Assembly (NCBI GenBank): GCA_963934255.1
Contig: CAWVXU010000046.1
Coordinates: 1 to 20,236, forward strand
Length of the DNA stretch: 20,236 bases
Direction: 5' to 3'
From: an uncultured Fibrobacterales bacterium
Lineage (GTDB): Bacteria > Fibrobacterota > Fibrobacteria > Fibrobacterales > CAWVXU01
Of the stretch, positions 9,808 through 19,137 are shown piece after piece. The position numbers and the translations under genes were made by a program. How positions within the stretch are numbered: position 1 is the first letter of the stretch; each line of letters opens with the position of its first letter. Under the pieces are notes generated by a model. That model was not told where the DNA came from. It saw only the letters and a program-made list of their open reading frames with translations, and searched no databases.

Positions 9808-9906
9808 CTAAAGATTGTAATAATAATAGACTAGAACTACTGACAGAGCCACCACAGACAAAAATATTGAAAGGTTTAAAATCTTGTTAACTTTTTTCCA
9901 ATTCAC
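9808..9906 (-). CDS. Putative 32-aa single-pass membrane microprotein (MNWKKVNKILNLSIFLSVVALSVVLVYYYYNL)
   Basis: Not in the ORF track. GTG start overlaps the upstream TAG stop (TAGTG), with GGAG 7 nt upstream. Basic N-terminus followed by 24 uncharged, mostly hydrophobic residues. Confidence 0.65.
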   Translation of the reverse strand: MNWKKVNKILNLSIFLSVVALSVVLVYYYYNL

Positions 9907-11279
9907 TATTCGTCTCCCTTGGGCTTTCTGTCATATTCAAAGGCATCATACTCATGCAGTTTATTTCTTAAAGTCCGAATAGATATATCAAGCATTTGAG
10001 CAGCTTTGGTTTTATTTCCTTCACATTCATCAAGTGTCTTTAGGATTAAAATCTTCTCGACTTGGGCGATGGTCATCCCAGCTTCAAGACCCGTGGAATC
10101 TTCTATTTCTTCATCGGAAACAACGACTTCACCAAGTGGGAATTGATTATCAGCTAACATACCAGTGCGTGTAAATACCATTGCTCTTTCCATACAATTT
10201 TCAAGCTGCCTAATATTACCAGGCCAATCATAATTCTTTAATTTAGTCAAAGCTATTTCTTCAATTCCCTCGACTGAATAACCGTATTCGTTGTTAAATT
10301 TTGTAATAAAGTGTTGGACCAGTGGACCTATATCCTCACGACGGGCTCGAAGTGAATGTATTTCCATCGGAATCACATTGAGACGATAAAATAAATCCTC
10401 ACGGAAATTGCCATATTTCACTTCAGACTGAAGATCTCTATTGGTGGTACAAATGACCCTTACATTGACTGGAATTTCTTCGTCAGAGCCAATTCTGGTC
10501 ACTTCTCTTTCTTGGAGAACACGCAGTAGTTTTGATTGAGCCATCAAAGGCATTTCACCAATTTCATCAAGTAATAAGGTTCCATCATTAGCGAGTTCAA
10601 ATTTCCCTTTTTTATTTCGGATAGCACCAGTAAAAGCACCTTTTTCATGACCAAATAATTCAGACTCAATTAAATTTTCAGGCAAAGCAGCGCAATTAAT
10701 TTTAATAAACGGTCCAAGTGAACGGTCAGAACGTGCATGTAATGTTCTTGCAATTACTTCTTTACCCACTCCCGACTCACCTGTAACTAGGATCGTAGCG
10801 TTTGAATCAGCTACACTATGTATGGTTTCATCAATACCCTTCCAAACTGGTGACTGACCAATGAATTCATATTTGGACTTGAGTTGTGCTTTTAAATTTT
10901 CATTTTCTCTTTTGACATCGAGATTTTGTAAAGCCTTTTCAACCGCAATTTCAAGCATCTCCGGTTGAAATGGTTTTTCTATAAAATTACTCGCACCACT
11001 TCTCATGGCTTCCACTGCAGTGTTAATAGTACCATAAGCTGTCATAATAATAAAAGCTTGTCCAGGTGCGCGTTTTTGAACTTCCTTTAGAAATTCAAGA
11101 CCGGTCATGCCAGGCATTTTAAAATCACTTACAATCAAGTCGGGTTGGACTTTTTCAAGTTGATCTAGACCTTCGGCCCCTTCCTTGGCTTTAAAGATTT
11201 CATGACCAGCACGCATAAGCGTTTCACTAGCCAATTCACGCATTAATTCTTCATCATCAACTACTAAAATTTTAGCCAT
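9906..11279 (-). CDS. Sigma-54-dependent response regulator, NtrC family (FleR/FlrC/FlgR-like)
   Basis: REC domain (VVDDE, SDFKMP, MTAYG, EKPF), AAA+ domain (GESGVGKE, ESELFGHEKGAFTGA, LLDEIGE, FREDLFYRLNV, WPGNIRQL), Fis-type HTH (GNKTKAAQMLDISIRTLRNKL). Confidence 0.95.
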   Translation of the reverse strand: MAKILVVDDEELMRELASETLMRAGHEIFKAKEGAEGLDQLEKVQPDLIVSDFKMPGMTGLEFLKEVQKRAPGQAFIIMTAYGTINTAVEAMRSGASNFIEKPFQPEMLEIAVEKALQNLDVKRENENLKAQLKSKYEFIGQSPVWKGIDETIHSVADSNATILVTGESGVGKEVIARTLHARSDRSLGPFIKINCAALPENLIESELFGHEKGAFTGAIRNKKGKFELANDGTLLLDEIGEMPLMAQSKLLRVLQEREVTRIGSDEEIPVNVRVICTTNRDLQSEVKYGNFREDLFYRLNVIPMEIHSLRARREDIGPLVQHFITKFNNEYGYSVEGIEEIALTKLKNYDWPGNIRQLENCMERAMVFTRTGMLADNQFPLGEVVVSDEEIEDSTGLEAGMTIAQVEKILILKTLDECEGNKTKAAQMLDISIRTLRNKLHEYDAFEYDRKPKGDE

Positions 11280-12483
11280 GAATTACCCCCTTAAGTCTAA
11301 TTTCAAATGTAGTGCCTTTTTCAAGTTCACTACTTACCGTGATTTTACCACGATGTAAATCAATAATTTTTTTAGCTATTGCTAGGCCAAGACCTGAACC
11401 TTGTTCTTTGTTAGTAAAGAATGGTTTAAACAATTGATCCAAAGTTTCTTGGCTCATTCCACAACCATCGTCTTTGATGCCAATCACCGCCTCAGAGCCC
11501 TCAACACTTAAACTGAGTATTACTTGCCCCCGCTCTCCAACAGCATAGACTGAGTTTTGAAGAATATTCAACATTGCTTGTTGGAATTTCCCTGGATCAA
11601 TTTCAATCATTAACTCTTCAAAACTAAATTCTTTAATCAGTTCAATATCATTTGATTCCGATTCAATCTCAACTTCAAGAAACATGAGAATGTCAGAGAG
11701 ATAATCACATAAATTCAATGATACTGGGTGTAGTTCAGATTTGCGTGTATAGACTAACATATTTGACACAATATTATTAAGAGAAGATACACCTTGTATA
11801 ATTCGATCAACTAGGCGGCGGCGCGGGTCCTCTTGATCCAGGTCTCTGGCCAAAAGACCTGCGTAGCCACCAATGCCGCCCAAAGGGTTTCTAATTTCAT
11901 GAGCAACAGTTGCCGCCATCTCACCCATTGCACCAAGTATTCTTACCTGTTGCATTTCTTCTTCCAGCTTTTTAAACGAACTTAAATCTGAAAACGTTTC
12001 AATTAAACCAATAATATTTCCATCAACATCTATAACGGCAGAACTTTTAAAATTTGCAGGAAATTCTTTATCTTGAAATCTGATATACCGGTCCTCATCA
12101 ATGATTTCTAATGGATTTTTAAAAGTCCTTGGGAATGAACGACCAAGACCAGAGTCAATCGGAAATACATCTTGTATCAATTTATCAACAATATCAGCTT
12201 GACTAATCCCCAATAATTTTTCAGCAGAAGAATTAACCTGAGTTAATCTCATCTCACCATCAACCATAATTACACCAGGTTTCATCGAACCAAGCAAAGT
12301 CTTCAGGTTTTCTTCCATTTGATTGAGTCGATTTGTTTTTTCATCGAGCTCGCGATTCACATCACCAAACTTTACTTCTAGATGACCATAGGCCTCTTCT
12401 AGTCTTGAAACAGTGTCATTAAACCACTCAAAAACTTTCTGAAATTCTTCGGGATCAGGTACTTTTTGAGGATCTACAGACAT
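11272..12483 (-). CDS. Cytoplasmic PAS-domain sensor histidine kinase (FleS/FlrB/FlgS-like)
   Basis: No TM segment. N-terminal 'VFEWFNDTVSRLEEAYGHLE' helix resembles the FleS-type F..FN..S..L..SY..LE start. PAS (GVIMVD...VNSSAEKLLG), H-box AHEIRNPL, N/G1/F/G2 boxes (NILQNS, DDGCG, FKPFFTNK, GSGLGL). Confidence 0.93.
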   Translation of the reverse strand: MSVDPQKVPDPEEFQKVFEWFNDTVSRLEEAYGHLEVKFGDVNRELDEKTNRLNQMEENLKTLLGSMKPGVIMVDGEMRLTQVNSSAEKLLGISQADIVDKLIQDVFPIDSGLGRSFPRTFKNPLEIIDEDRYIRFQDKEFPANFKSSAVIDVDGNIIGLIETFSDLSSFKKLEEEMQQVRILGAMGEMAATVAHEIRNPLGGIGGYAGLLARDLDQEDPRRRLVDRIIQGVSSLNNIVSNMLVYTRKSELHPVSLNLCDYLSDILMFLEVEIESESNDIELIKEFSFEELMIEIDPGKFQQAMLNILQNSVYAVGERGQVILSLSVEGSEAVIGIKDDGCGMSQETLDQLFKPFFTNKEQGSGLGLAIAKKIIDLHRGKITVSSELEKGTTFEIRLKGVIHG

Positions 12484-12893
12484 TAGCGTAAACCTCTATA
12501 GGCATTTAATAAATTTTGAGGATCGACATCAGCTTGAGTGTTTTTTTGGTTATTGAAAAAATTTATCATTTTCTCATCTTGATCTTGAATCAGCTTGGCT
12601 TTTTTTGAAACAACTTCCAACAAGGAATCCACTTTATGATATCTTGGGTCCTGTGCTAGTTCCGCTTTTCGTTGCATCCAATCAGCTATAAATGGTTGAT
12701 GTTCTAGGGAATTACTAGAGATTTTAGTAACGATTTCTTCTTTTTGATTAAGAAGATCCATCATTTTAGAAAAATCAGCTTCTTCATCTAAAGTTTTGAG
12801 TATCGCATTTTGAATAATGATCACGCGATCAAACAGGTGGGTTTGTTCATTCAATAGAGTTTCTAAATCGTCGAAGATTTTCAAATCACTCAT
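12483..12893 (-). CDS. Small helical protein, FlgN/FliT-like flagellar chaperone candidate
   Basis: 136 aa, all-helical pattern (L..LL.EQ..LF..., LLNQKEEIV..I) with C-terminal 'LLNAY' tyrosine motif; overlaps both neighbours. The CDS is solid; the family call is tentative. Confidence 0.6.
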   Translation of the reverse strand: MSDLKIFDDLETLLNEQTHLFDRVIIIQNAILKTLDEEADFSKMMDLLNQKEEIVTKISSNSLEHQPFIADWMQRKAELAQDPRYHKVDSLLEVVSKKAKLIQDQDEKMINFFNNQKNTQADVDPQNLLNAYRGLR

Positions 12894-14743
12894 TTGGACA
12901 ACACCCCTTCGTATTCTTTACGCCAAATTGCATCTTCACGTTTCCATTGCGCCTGAGAAGCCCAATAGGATTCTGAATATTTCTCACTGACTAAATTATA
13001 ACTCTTGACTGCCTTATCAAATTTCTTCTGTTGAGCAAAAATGTTCCCTAATTGATACTGAGCCCAGGGAGAGTCGCTGGGATCTTTGAATTCTTTCAAA
13101 ACTTGTTTGTAGAACTTTTCAGAAATATCCCATTTTTTCAACTTAAAGTTTTCATCGGCAACACCTACAAATGCTCTTCGGCAAATCTCATCAGTTGTAC
13201 CTTTTTCACATTGAGAAATGATATCTTTATATATCCCAATCGCTTCTTCTACTTTCTTTTTCTCGAGTAGGATACTTGATAAATCATATTTCAAAAGTCT
13301 TTTCTTTTCAGTTGTCTTAGCATTTTTAATGGCAAGCTTTAGTTTTTCAATCCCCACTTCACCTTGGTCTAATTGCTTAGCAAGTTCGGCTTCAAATCCT
13401 AATTTGTCGGCTCCATTTGGTCCAAGGGCTCCACCAATTTTTACCTGTTTGATCAACTCAAGCGATTTTTTCTTTGAGCCTACCTCAAATTCAGCTTTAG
13501 CTATTAGATATTTTATTGAAGACAAATATGGCTCAGGCGGGTTGTTACGAAGTATCATTCTTCCTGTATTTATTACACGCTTCCCTAAACCTAACTCAAG
13601 ATAAATACTCGCTAAATTGTATTGAGCAGCCAGTGCATTAGGAGATGCAGGCATGTCTCTAAAAATTTCCTTTAATATATCAATCGCATCATCAATTTTT
13701 GATCGGCTATATTTGGACCATGCTTTATTTATTTCATCAGTACCTCGAGCCTCTTTATCTTGAAGAGCAAAGAATAGCCCAGTATTTAATGTCATTACCT
13801 TATCAGGAGCATTTTTACCAGATAGTTTTGGTGCTTTGCTCACTTCATTTGAATCTGCAGCTTCAGAGCCATCTTTGGCATCAGGTTTATCTGAATCTTG
13901 CTTCGCTAAGGGATTTGAAGGGGTCTTAGATAATCTTTTAATCCTTGATTCCACTTCTTTTTTACCAGGGGCGTGAGTTGTTTTCTTTAAATAATCTTTA
14001 TAATTCTTAATTGCTTCTTTAGGTTTATTCTTTTTCTCTGCAATCCGACCGAGATAATAAGATGCATTAAATCCTTTTTCAGGGTATGATTTGGATTTTG
14101 AAAAATTAATCCTAGCGTTGTCATAATCTTTTAGATTATATCTATTTACACCAGCAAAATAATATGCACCAGGATTGCCCGGATTTTTCTTGAGTACTTT
14201 TCGCCAAAGTTTTAAGGCTTTTTTGTCTTGGCCTTTATCCGTCAACATCCTTGCTTTTGCAAATAGATCTGAAGAATAAACCGAGCTTTCTTGAGTTAGG
14301 CTCCCAACCTTTTGATTTTTATTGCCTTGTCTGGCCTTTACTTTCATTAAATTTGAAATTTTAGCCTCAGCAAATTCCTTATCCTTAATAGAAGCATTGG
14401 CTAGCTTTCTGTATAGTCCTATCGCTTTTTCAGTCTTTTGTTGAGATTCTCTCACTTTGGCTAAGGATTTAAGTCCTTCTGGTGATTTTGGGTTAATATC
14501 AAGCGCTTTTTGGTATTGCTTGGCAGCAGTTGAGATAGCGTTTTTCTTTTGATAAACCCGCCCCAAAGCAATATAACCATCTTCAGAATTAGGGAATTCC
14601 ACCAAAAATGCACGATACTCTCCTAATGCACGGTCATAATTTGACGTTTTTTCATACTGTTTTGCCAATTGAAAACGAATATTATCCTCTGAACCTTGAG
14701 CCCAGAGTGATGCTACTGTAAAAATTAAGATGAACCAATTCAT
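12890..14743 (-). CDS. Secreted/periplasmic tetratricopeptide-repeat protein
   Basis: Signal peptide MNWFILIFTVASLWA|Q. Many TPR units (e.g. YIALGRVY...A...YQKALDINP, AQYNLASIY, AQYQLGNIF...A...Y..V..KY) with a charged linker in the middle. Confidence 0.9.
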   Translation of the reverse strand: MNWFILIFTVASLWAQGSEDNIRFQLAKQYEKTSNYDRALGEYRAFLVEFPNSEDGYIALGRVYQKKNAISTAAKQYQKALDINPKSPEGLKSLAKVRESQQKTEKAIGLYRKLANASIKDKEFAEAKISNLMKVKARQGNKNQKVGSLTQESSVYSSDLFAKARMLTDKGQDKKALKLWRKVLKKNPGNPGAYYFAGVNRYNLKDYDNARINFSKSKSYPEKGFNASYYLGRIAEKKNKPKEAIKNYKDYLKKTTHAPGKKEVESRIKRLSKTPSNPLAKQDSDKPDAKDGSEAADSNEVSKAPKLSGKNAPDKVMTLNTGLFFALQDKEARGTDEINKAWSKYSRSKIDDAIDILKEIFRDMPASPNALAAQYNLASIYLELGLGKRVINTGRMILRNNPPEPYLSSIKYLIAKAEFEVGSKKKSLELIKQVKIGGALGPNGADKLGFEAELAKQLDQGEVGIEKLKLAIKNAKTTEKKRLLKYDLSSILLEKKKVEEAIGIYKDIISQCEKGTTDEICRRAFVGVADENFKLKKWDISEKFYKQVLKEFKDPSDSPWAQYQLGNIFAQQKKFDKAVKSYNLVSEKYSESYWASQAQWKREDAIWRKEYEGVLSK

Positions 14744-14774
14744 AAGCTGGAAATCTCCCTATCTAGAATATATT

Positions 14775-16049
14775 CTATTGAGCCAATTCTGTCAGAACTT
14801 CTATCATCGCATCACCTGCAAATGCTAGGTCTTCTTCACTGTGAGCTGCACTCATAAAAAATGCCTCATAACTTGAAGGTGCAACATAAACACCTCTTGC
14901 CAATAATCCTTGGAAAAACTTAGCAAAGTACTCATCATTTCCTTGACATGCATCATGAAAGTTTTGAACTGGACCATTTTGGAAAAAGAAAGTAAACATA
15001 GAGCCGACCTGCTGAAGATGAATAGGGATTTGCAAGTCCTTGACTCCATCCAAAACCCTTTGGGTCAAGGCTAGTGATTTATTGTCAAGCTCTTGATAAA
15101 AACCAGATCGACCAAGTTCAGTCAAAGTGGCAATCCCTGCGGCCATGGCCATTGGGTTTCCAGACAAAGTTCCAGCCTGGTAAATAGGTCCTAGAGGAGA
15201 GATTTGTTCCATAAACTCTCTTTTACCACCATATCCACCAACAGGCAGGCCTCCGCCAATCACCTTACCAAAAGCCGCTAAATCAGGTGTGATGCCATAA
15301 AGTCCCTCTGCACCAGCAGAACTTAAACGAAAGCCCGTCATCACTTCATCAAAAATCAATAAAGCGTTGTGTTTATCACATAGATTTCTAAGCCCTTGTA
15401 AAAAACCATCAACTGGGGGAACAAGACCCATGTTTCCCGCCACAGGCTCAACAATAATACAGGCTATTTCGTTCGGATTTGCATTAAAAACATTTTCAAC
15501 ACTTTCTAGAGAATTGTATTCAGCTAGTAAAGTATCCTTGGCTGCACCTTGAGTAACTCCTTTAGAGTTAGGCTCTCCATGAGTGACCATTCCTGAACCT
15601 GCTTCGATTAAAAAAGCATCCGCATGCCCATGGTAACATCCACGAAATTTAATGAGCTTTTCTTTTCCTGTGACACCTCGAGCAACTCGCACGACTGACA
15701 TAGTAGCTTCAGTTCCGGAGTTGACCATTCTTACCATTTCAAGTGAAGGAACTCGTTCACAAACCATTTCCGCAAATTCAACTTCCAATTCACAGCAAGC
15801 TCCAAATGATGCGCCTTTTTCCAGTGCTTTTTTAGTCGCCTCAACCACCTGAGGATGAGAATGTCCAAGTATCATAGGCCCCCAAGAACCTACAAAGTCA
15901 ATATACGATTTCCCTGATTTATCGAAAATTCTGGACCCTTTGGCTTTATCAATAAAAATTGGGTCTCCGCCCACGCTTCGGAAGGCTCTTACTGGAGAAT
16001 TGACTCCACCAGGTAATACTTTTTGGGCTCTATTCCATAATTCATTCAT
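14775..16049 (-). CDS. hemL: Glutamate-1-semialdehyde 2,1-aminomutase
   Basis: PGGVNSPVRAF, SWGPMILGH, NSGTEATM, GCYHGH, FDEVMTGFR, PLP lysine in FGKVIGGGLP, YQAGTLSGNP. Start set to ATG 16049, 1 nt after the hemD stop. Confidence 0.98.
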   Translation of the reverse strand: MNELWNRAQKVLPGGVNSPVRAFRSVGGDPIFIDKAKGSRIFDKSGKSYIDFVGSWGPMILGHSHPQVVEATKKALEKGASFGACCELEVEFAEMVCERVPSLEMVRMVNSGTEATMSVVRVARGVTGKEKLIKFRGCYHGHADAFLIEAGSGMVTHGEPNSKGVTQGAAKDTLLAEYNSLESVENVFNANPNEIACIIVEPVAGNMGLVPPVDGFLQGLRNLCDKHNALLIFDEVMTGFRLSSAGAEGLYGITPDLAAFGKVIGGGLPVGGYGGKREFMEQISPLGPIYQAGTLSGNPMAMAAGIATLTELGRSGFYQELDNKSLALTQRVLDGVKDLQIPIHLQQVGSMFTFFFQNGPVQNFHDACQGNDEYFAKFFQGLLARGVYVAPSSYEAFFMSAAHSEEDLAFAGDAMIEVLTELAQ

Positions 16050-16050
16050 A

Positions 16051-16776
16051 TTAGACTCCGTATAAGACTTGTTCGGCCTCATTTATATTAAGGCTTTCAT
16101 ATTTTAAATTCATTTTATTCAGCTCTTTAGCTGAAGACTCACCTATGGATTGAAAACTCCAGGTGTAAAAAACTTTTTGATCTATAGCCGCTTTTGATAT
16201 CCATTTTTGAAATGAACGTACCGCCGATCCTGAATAGAAGAACCATTTGAGGTCTATTTCATTAATGATACTGAGCAAGTCATCTAAACTTGAATTTGGC
16301 AATACAGGCTGATAAACAAGAATATTCCGAATTTCTATACCTGTCACTTTGGTGAAAACTGACTGTTTAAGATTGGTCTCTAAGCTGCATGGATGTATAA
16401 ACAAGTACTCTTCTGGCTTTTTATCAAAAAGCCTCGGTCTAGCCTTCGAAATTTCAGTCATCATTGCTGCGACATTTGGAACACCAGAAGTCCAATAAGG
16501 CTCTAATCCGACGTTATTAAGACTTTTACTTACCCCTTCGCTCAAGGACAAAACTTTAACTTGATTTGATTGAATCAAATCTTTAAGCCATGTTTCGATA
16601 AAGTCAATCGTCCCGGGTGAAGTCAAAAGGACAAGAATTTCTTTATTAATTCTAAAGCTTTTGTTTTCAAAAGCTTTATGCTGCAAGGGTCTCAACTCGA
16701 CAAGAGGTATTTTCCTCACATCAACAGGGTACAATTTGTCCTGGATACGTAACAAGGGTCTCGTTGTTATTTTCAT
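16051..16776 (-). CDS. hemD: Uroporphyrinogen-III synthase (divergent)
   Basis: ITTRP, IPLVELRP, LLTSP, VYQP, FYSGSAV and SIGESSA correspond to HemD motifs (vTRP, P.i, FTS, vY, F.SpS.v, IG..Ta); lies between hemC and hemL. Confidence 0.8.
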   Translation of the reverse strand: MKITTRPLLRIQDKLYPVDVRKIPLVELRPLQHKAFENKSFRINKEILVLLTSPGTIDFIETWLKDLIQSNQVKVLSLSEGVSKSLNNVGLEPYWTSGVPNVAAMMTEISKARPRLFDKKPEEYLFIHPCSLETNLKQSVFTKVTGIEIRNILVYQPVLPNSSLDDLLSIINEIDLKWFFYSGSAVRSFQKWISKAAIDQKVFYTWSFQSIGESSAKELNKMNLKYESLNINEAEQVLYGV

Positions 16777-16790
16777 TTGAGGCTAACTCT

Positions 16791-17750
16791 CTATTTTTTG
16801 AAATTTGAATCAATTAGAGCATGATCTGGTAGCTCTGACGGAAGTGGTATACCGGCGCTCTTGGCCTTTTGCTCCATTTCCAAAGCAAGCTCCTCCAACC
16901 ATGTGTGTGATTCATGGAGAGAGTTAGTTTTTTTAACTGAAATCATCTTGTCACTTCCTAAATCACCTAGAACCGCTTCAAATTGAAGCTGGTCACCTTG
17001 CACCTGCGCAAGAGCCGCCATAGGAGCTTTACAACCACCACCCATTCTTACCATCCAAGTTCTTTCGGCACTCGCCTCAACAAGCGCATTTGCATCCTGT
17101 ATTGATCGAGCGATTTCTATAGATACTGAGTCACCTCGACGAGTTTCAATTGCGATAATTCCTTGCGCAATTGCCGGAACCATCTGATCAATTTCAATAT
17201 AATGTGAAATTCTATCTTGATAAGAAATACGATGAAGTCCTGCAGCAGCAAGAATAACTGCATCATATTCGCCAGATTCAACCTTTTTGATGCGAGAATC
17301 AATATTTCCACGAAGCTCTTTAAATACAAAATCCGGACGAATTTTCCTCAGTTGAAGCTGTCTTCTTGGTGAACCAGTGCCTACAACTGCGCCTTGAGGT
17401 AACTCTTCTAACCTTACATTATCTTTTGAAATCAGAACATCACGAACATCTTCTCTTTTGATATAAGAAGCAATTTGCATCATGCTCGGGATTGCGTGAG
17501 GAACATCTTTAAGGGAGTGTACAGCAAGATCAATCTCCTTACTGAATAAAGCTTCTTCAAGCTCTTTGATAAAAACACCTTGAAAACCAAATTGAGCCAA
17601 GCTCGTATTTTGATCTTTATCACCTGTCGTCTTAATTATTACAAGCTCAAATTCAGTCTCTGGATTAGCCTCTCTTAGGGAGTTAACCACCATCCCAGTC
17701 TGAGTTCTGGCCAATAAACTCCCACGAGTCCCTACACGAACTTTAGTCAT
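16791..17750 (-). CDS. hemC: Hydroxymethylbilane synthase (porphobilinogen deaminase)
   Basis: VGTRGSLLA..Q, IKTTGD, GVFIKELE, AVHSLKDVP, GTGSPRR, RGNIDSR, cofactor Cys in GGGCKAP. Start set to ATG 17750, overlapping the hemA stop. Confidence 0.98.
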   Translation of the reverse strand: MTKVRVGTRGSLLARTQTGMVVNSLREANPETEFELVIIKTTGDKDQNTSLAQFGFQGVFIKELEEALFSKEIDLAVHSLKDVPHAIPSMMQIASYIKREDVRDVLISKDNVRLEELPQGAVVGTGSPRRQLQLRKIRPDFVFKELRGNIDSRIKKVESGEYDAVILAAAGLHRISYQDRISHYIEIDQMVPAIAQGIIAIETRRGDSVSIEIARSIQDANALVEASAERTWMVRMGGGCKAPMAALAQVQGDQLQFEAVLGDLGSDKMISVKKTNSLHESHTWLEELALEMEQKAKSAGIPLPSELPDHALIDSNFKK

Positions 17751-19029
17751 CTGCTTTTCCTTTTTCAATTTCTAGATCAAAAAGTCGGGATAAAACCCAT
17801 ATTGACTCTTCGGCAATACCCTCTTCACTTAGTTTCTTCAACTCTAAACAAGGTTTGTGTAATAGTTTGTTTACGAATAAATAGCCCAATTTCTTTATCG
17901 TTTCTTGCTCTGAAACACTTAATTTATTGGTCGTTTTATTCACTTCAATATTCAATGTCTCTTGAAAAGATTTTCTTAGGCTTTTAATAAGAGGAACTAC
18001 ATTAAGCGACAAATACCAACTTCTAAATCCACTTAGCTCTTCAAATAAGATTTTTTCGGCTTCCTGCGAGGCTTTCATTCTCTTTTCTCGATTTTCATTT
18101 ACCACATTTTTGAGATCATCAATATTAAAAATAAACACCCCGGGTAAATCCTGGTCAGAAAGTTCAATATCCCTTGGAGCTGCGATATCCACATACACAG
18201 TCGTGGCGGATTTTCGCTTGGATTGAGAAAGCTTAATATTAGTCTGAGAAATAACAGTTCCAGGAGCCCCGGTGCATGAAATAACCAAATCAAAATCTTC
18301 TAATCGTTTGGGGATATCCTCAATCGAAAAAGCGTCGGCATTAAATTGATTACATAATGGAACAGCATTTTCAATTGTACGATTGGCAAAAACTATGTTT
18401 TTGACACCCGCGTCCTTAAGGTGGGTTGCAGCAAGTCGCGCCATCTCCCCAACACCCACGATGAGAGCTGATTTTTTTGATAAATCTTGAAATACTTTTT
18501 TACAAATTTCGACCGCTGCGAATGATATTGAAACCGCACCCTGGTTTATTTCTGTTTCAGTTCGAACTCTTTTGCCAAGAGAAATGGCCTGTTGAAAGAG
18601 GTGATTTAAATAAATCCCAGTCGTCCCTGCATCAGTTGCAATAAAATATGACTTCTTAACTTGCCCTAATATTTGTCCCTCACCTACTACAAGAGAGTCT
18701 AGGGAACAGGAAACTCGGAAAAGGTGTTCGACGGTATCTCCATGTGAATAAAAATAAGAACTTTTTTTAATCTCACCTGGGGATAAGCCTGAATGGTTAG
18801 CCCAAAATTCATACAAAAAGGGTTCTAATTCTTCAAGATTGGATGTTACACCATAGCATTCTACCCTGTTACACGTGGATATCAGTACAACTTCTTTGAT
18901 AAAATATGATTTTTTTAACAATTGTAGGACAGCAGAATGTTGCTTTTCGGGTACACCTAATTTGTCTCGAAGCTCTACGGTAGAGGTTCGGTGATTAACT
19001 CCTAAAACAAAACTGTGCAAATTATTCAT
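17743..19029 (-). CDS. hemA: Glutamyl-tRNA reductase
   Basis: GVNHRT, catalytic STCNRVE, SLDSLVVGEGQILGQVK, KRVRTETEI, GVGEM, ANRT, DIAAPRDI. Start set to ATG 19029. Confidence 0.98.
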   Translation of the reverse strand: MNNLHSFVLGVNHRTSTVELRDKLGVPEKQHSAVLQLLKKSYFIKEVVLISTCNRVECYGVTSNLEELEPFLYEFWANHSGLSPGEIKKSSYFYSHGDTVEHLFRVSCSLDSLVVGEGQILGQVKKSYFIATDAGTTGIYLNHLFQQAISLGKRVRTETEINQGAVSISFAAVEICKKVFQDLSKKSALIVGVGEMARLAATHLKDAGVKNIVFANRTIENAVPLCNQFNADAFSIEDIPKRLEDFDLVISCTGAPGTVISQTNIKLSQSKRKSATTVYVDIAAPRDIELSDQDLPGVFIFNIDDLKNVVNENREKRMKASQEAEKILFEELSGFRSWYLSLNVVPLIKSLRKSFQETLNIEVNKTTNKLSVSEQETIKKLGYLFVNKLLHKPCLELKKLSEEGIAEESIWVLSRLFDLEIEKGKADD

Positions 19030-19137
19030 ATTATACGAAAACCCCGAAGCTTTTGTCAAAAGTAGTAATCACAGAGTCCTTTTTCTGCTTAAATTGATTA
19101 TATTATGGCGAAATTGTCTCTAAGAAAGAACCTAAGA

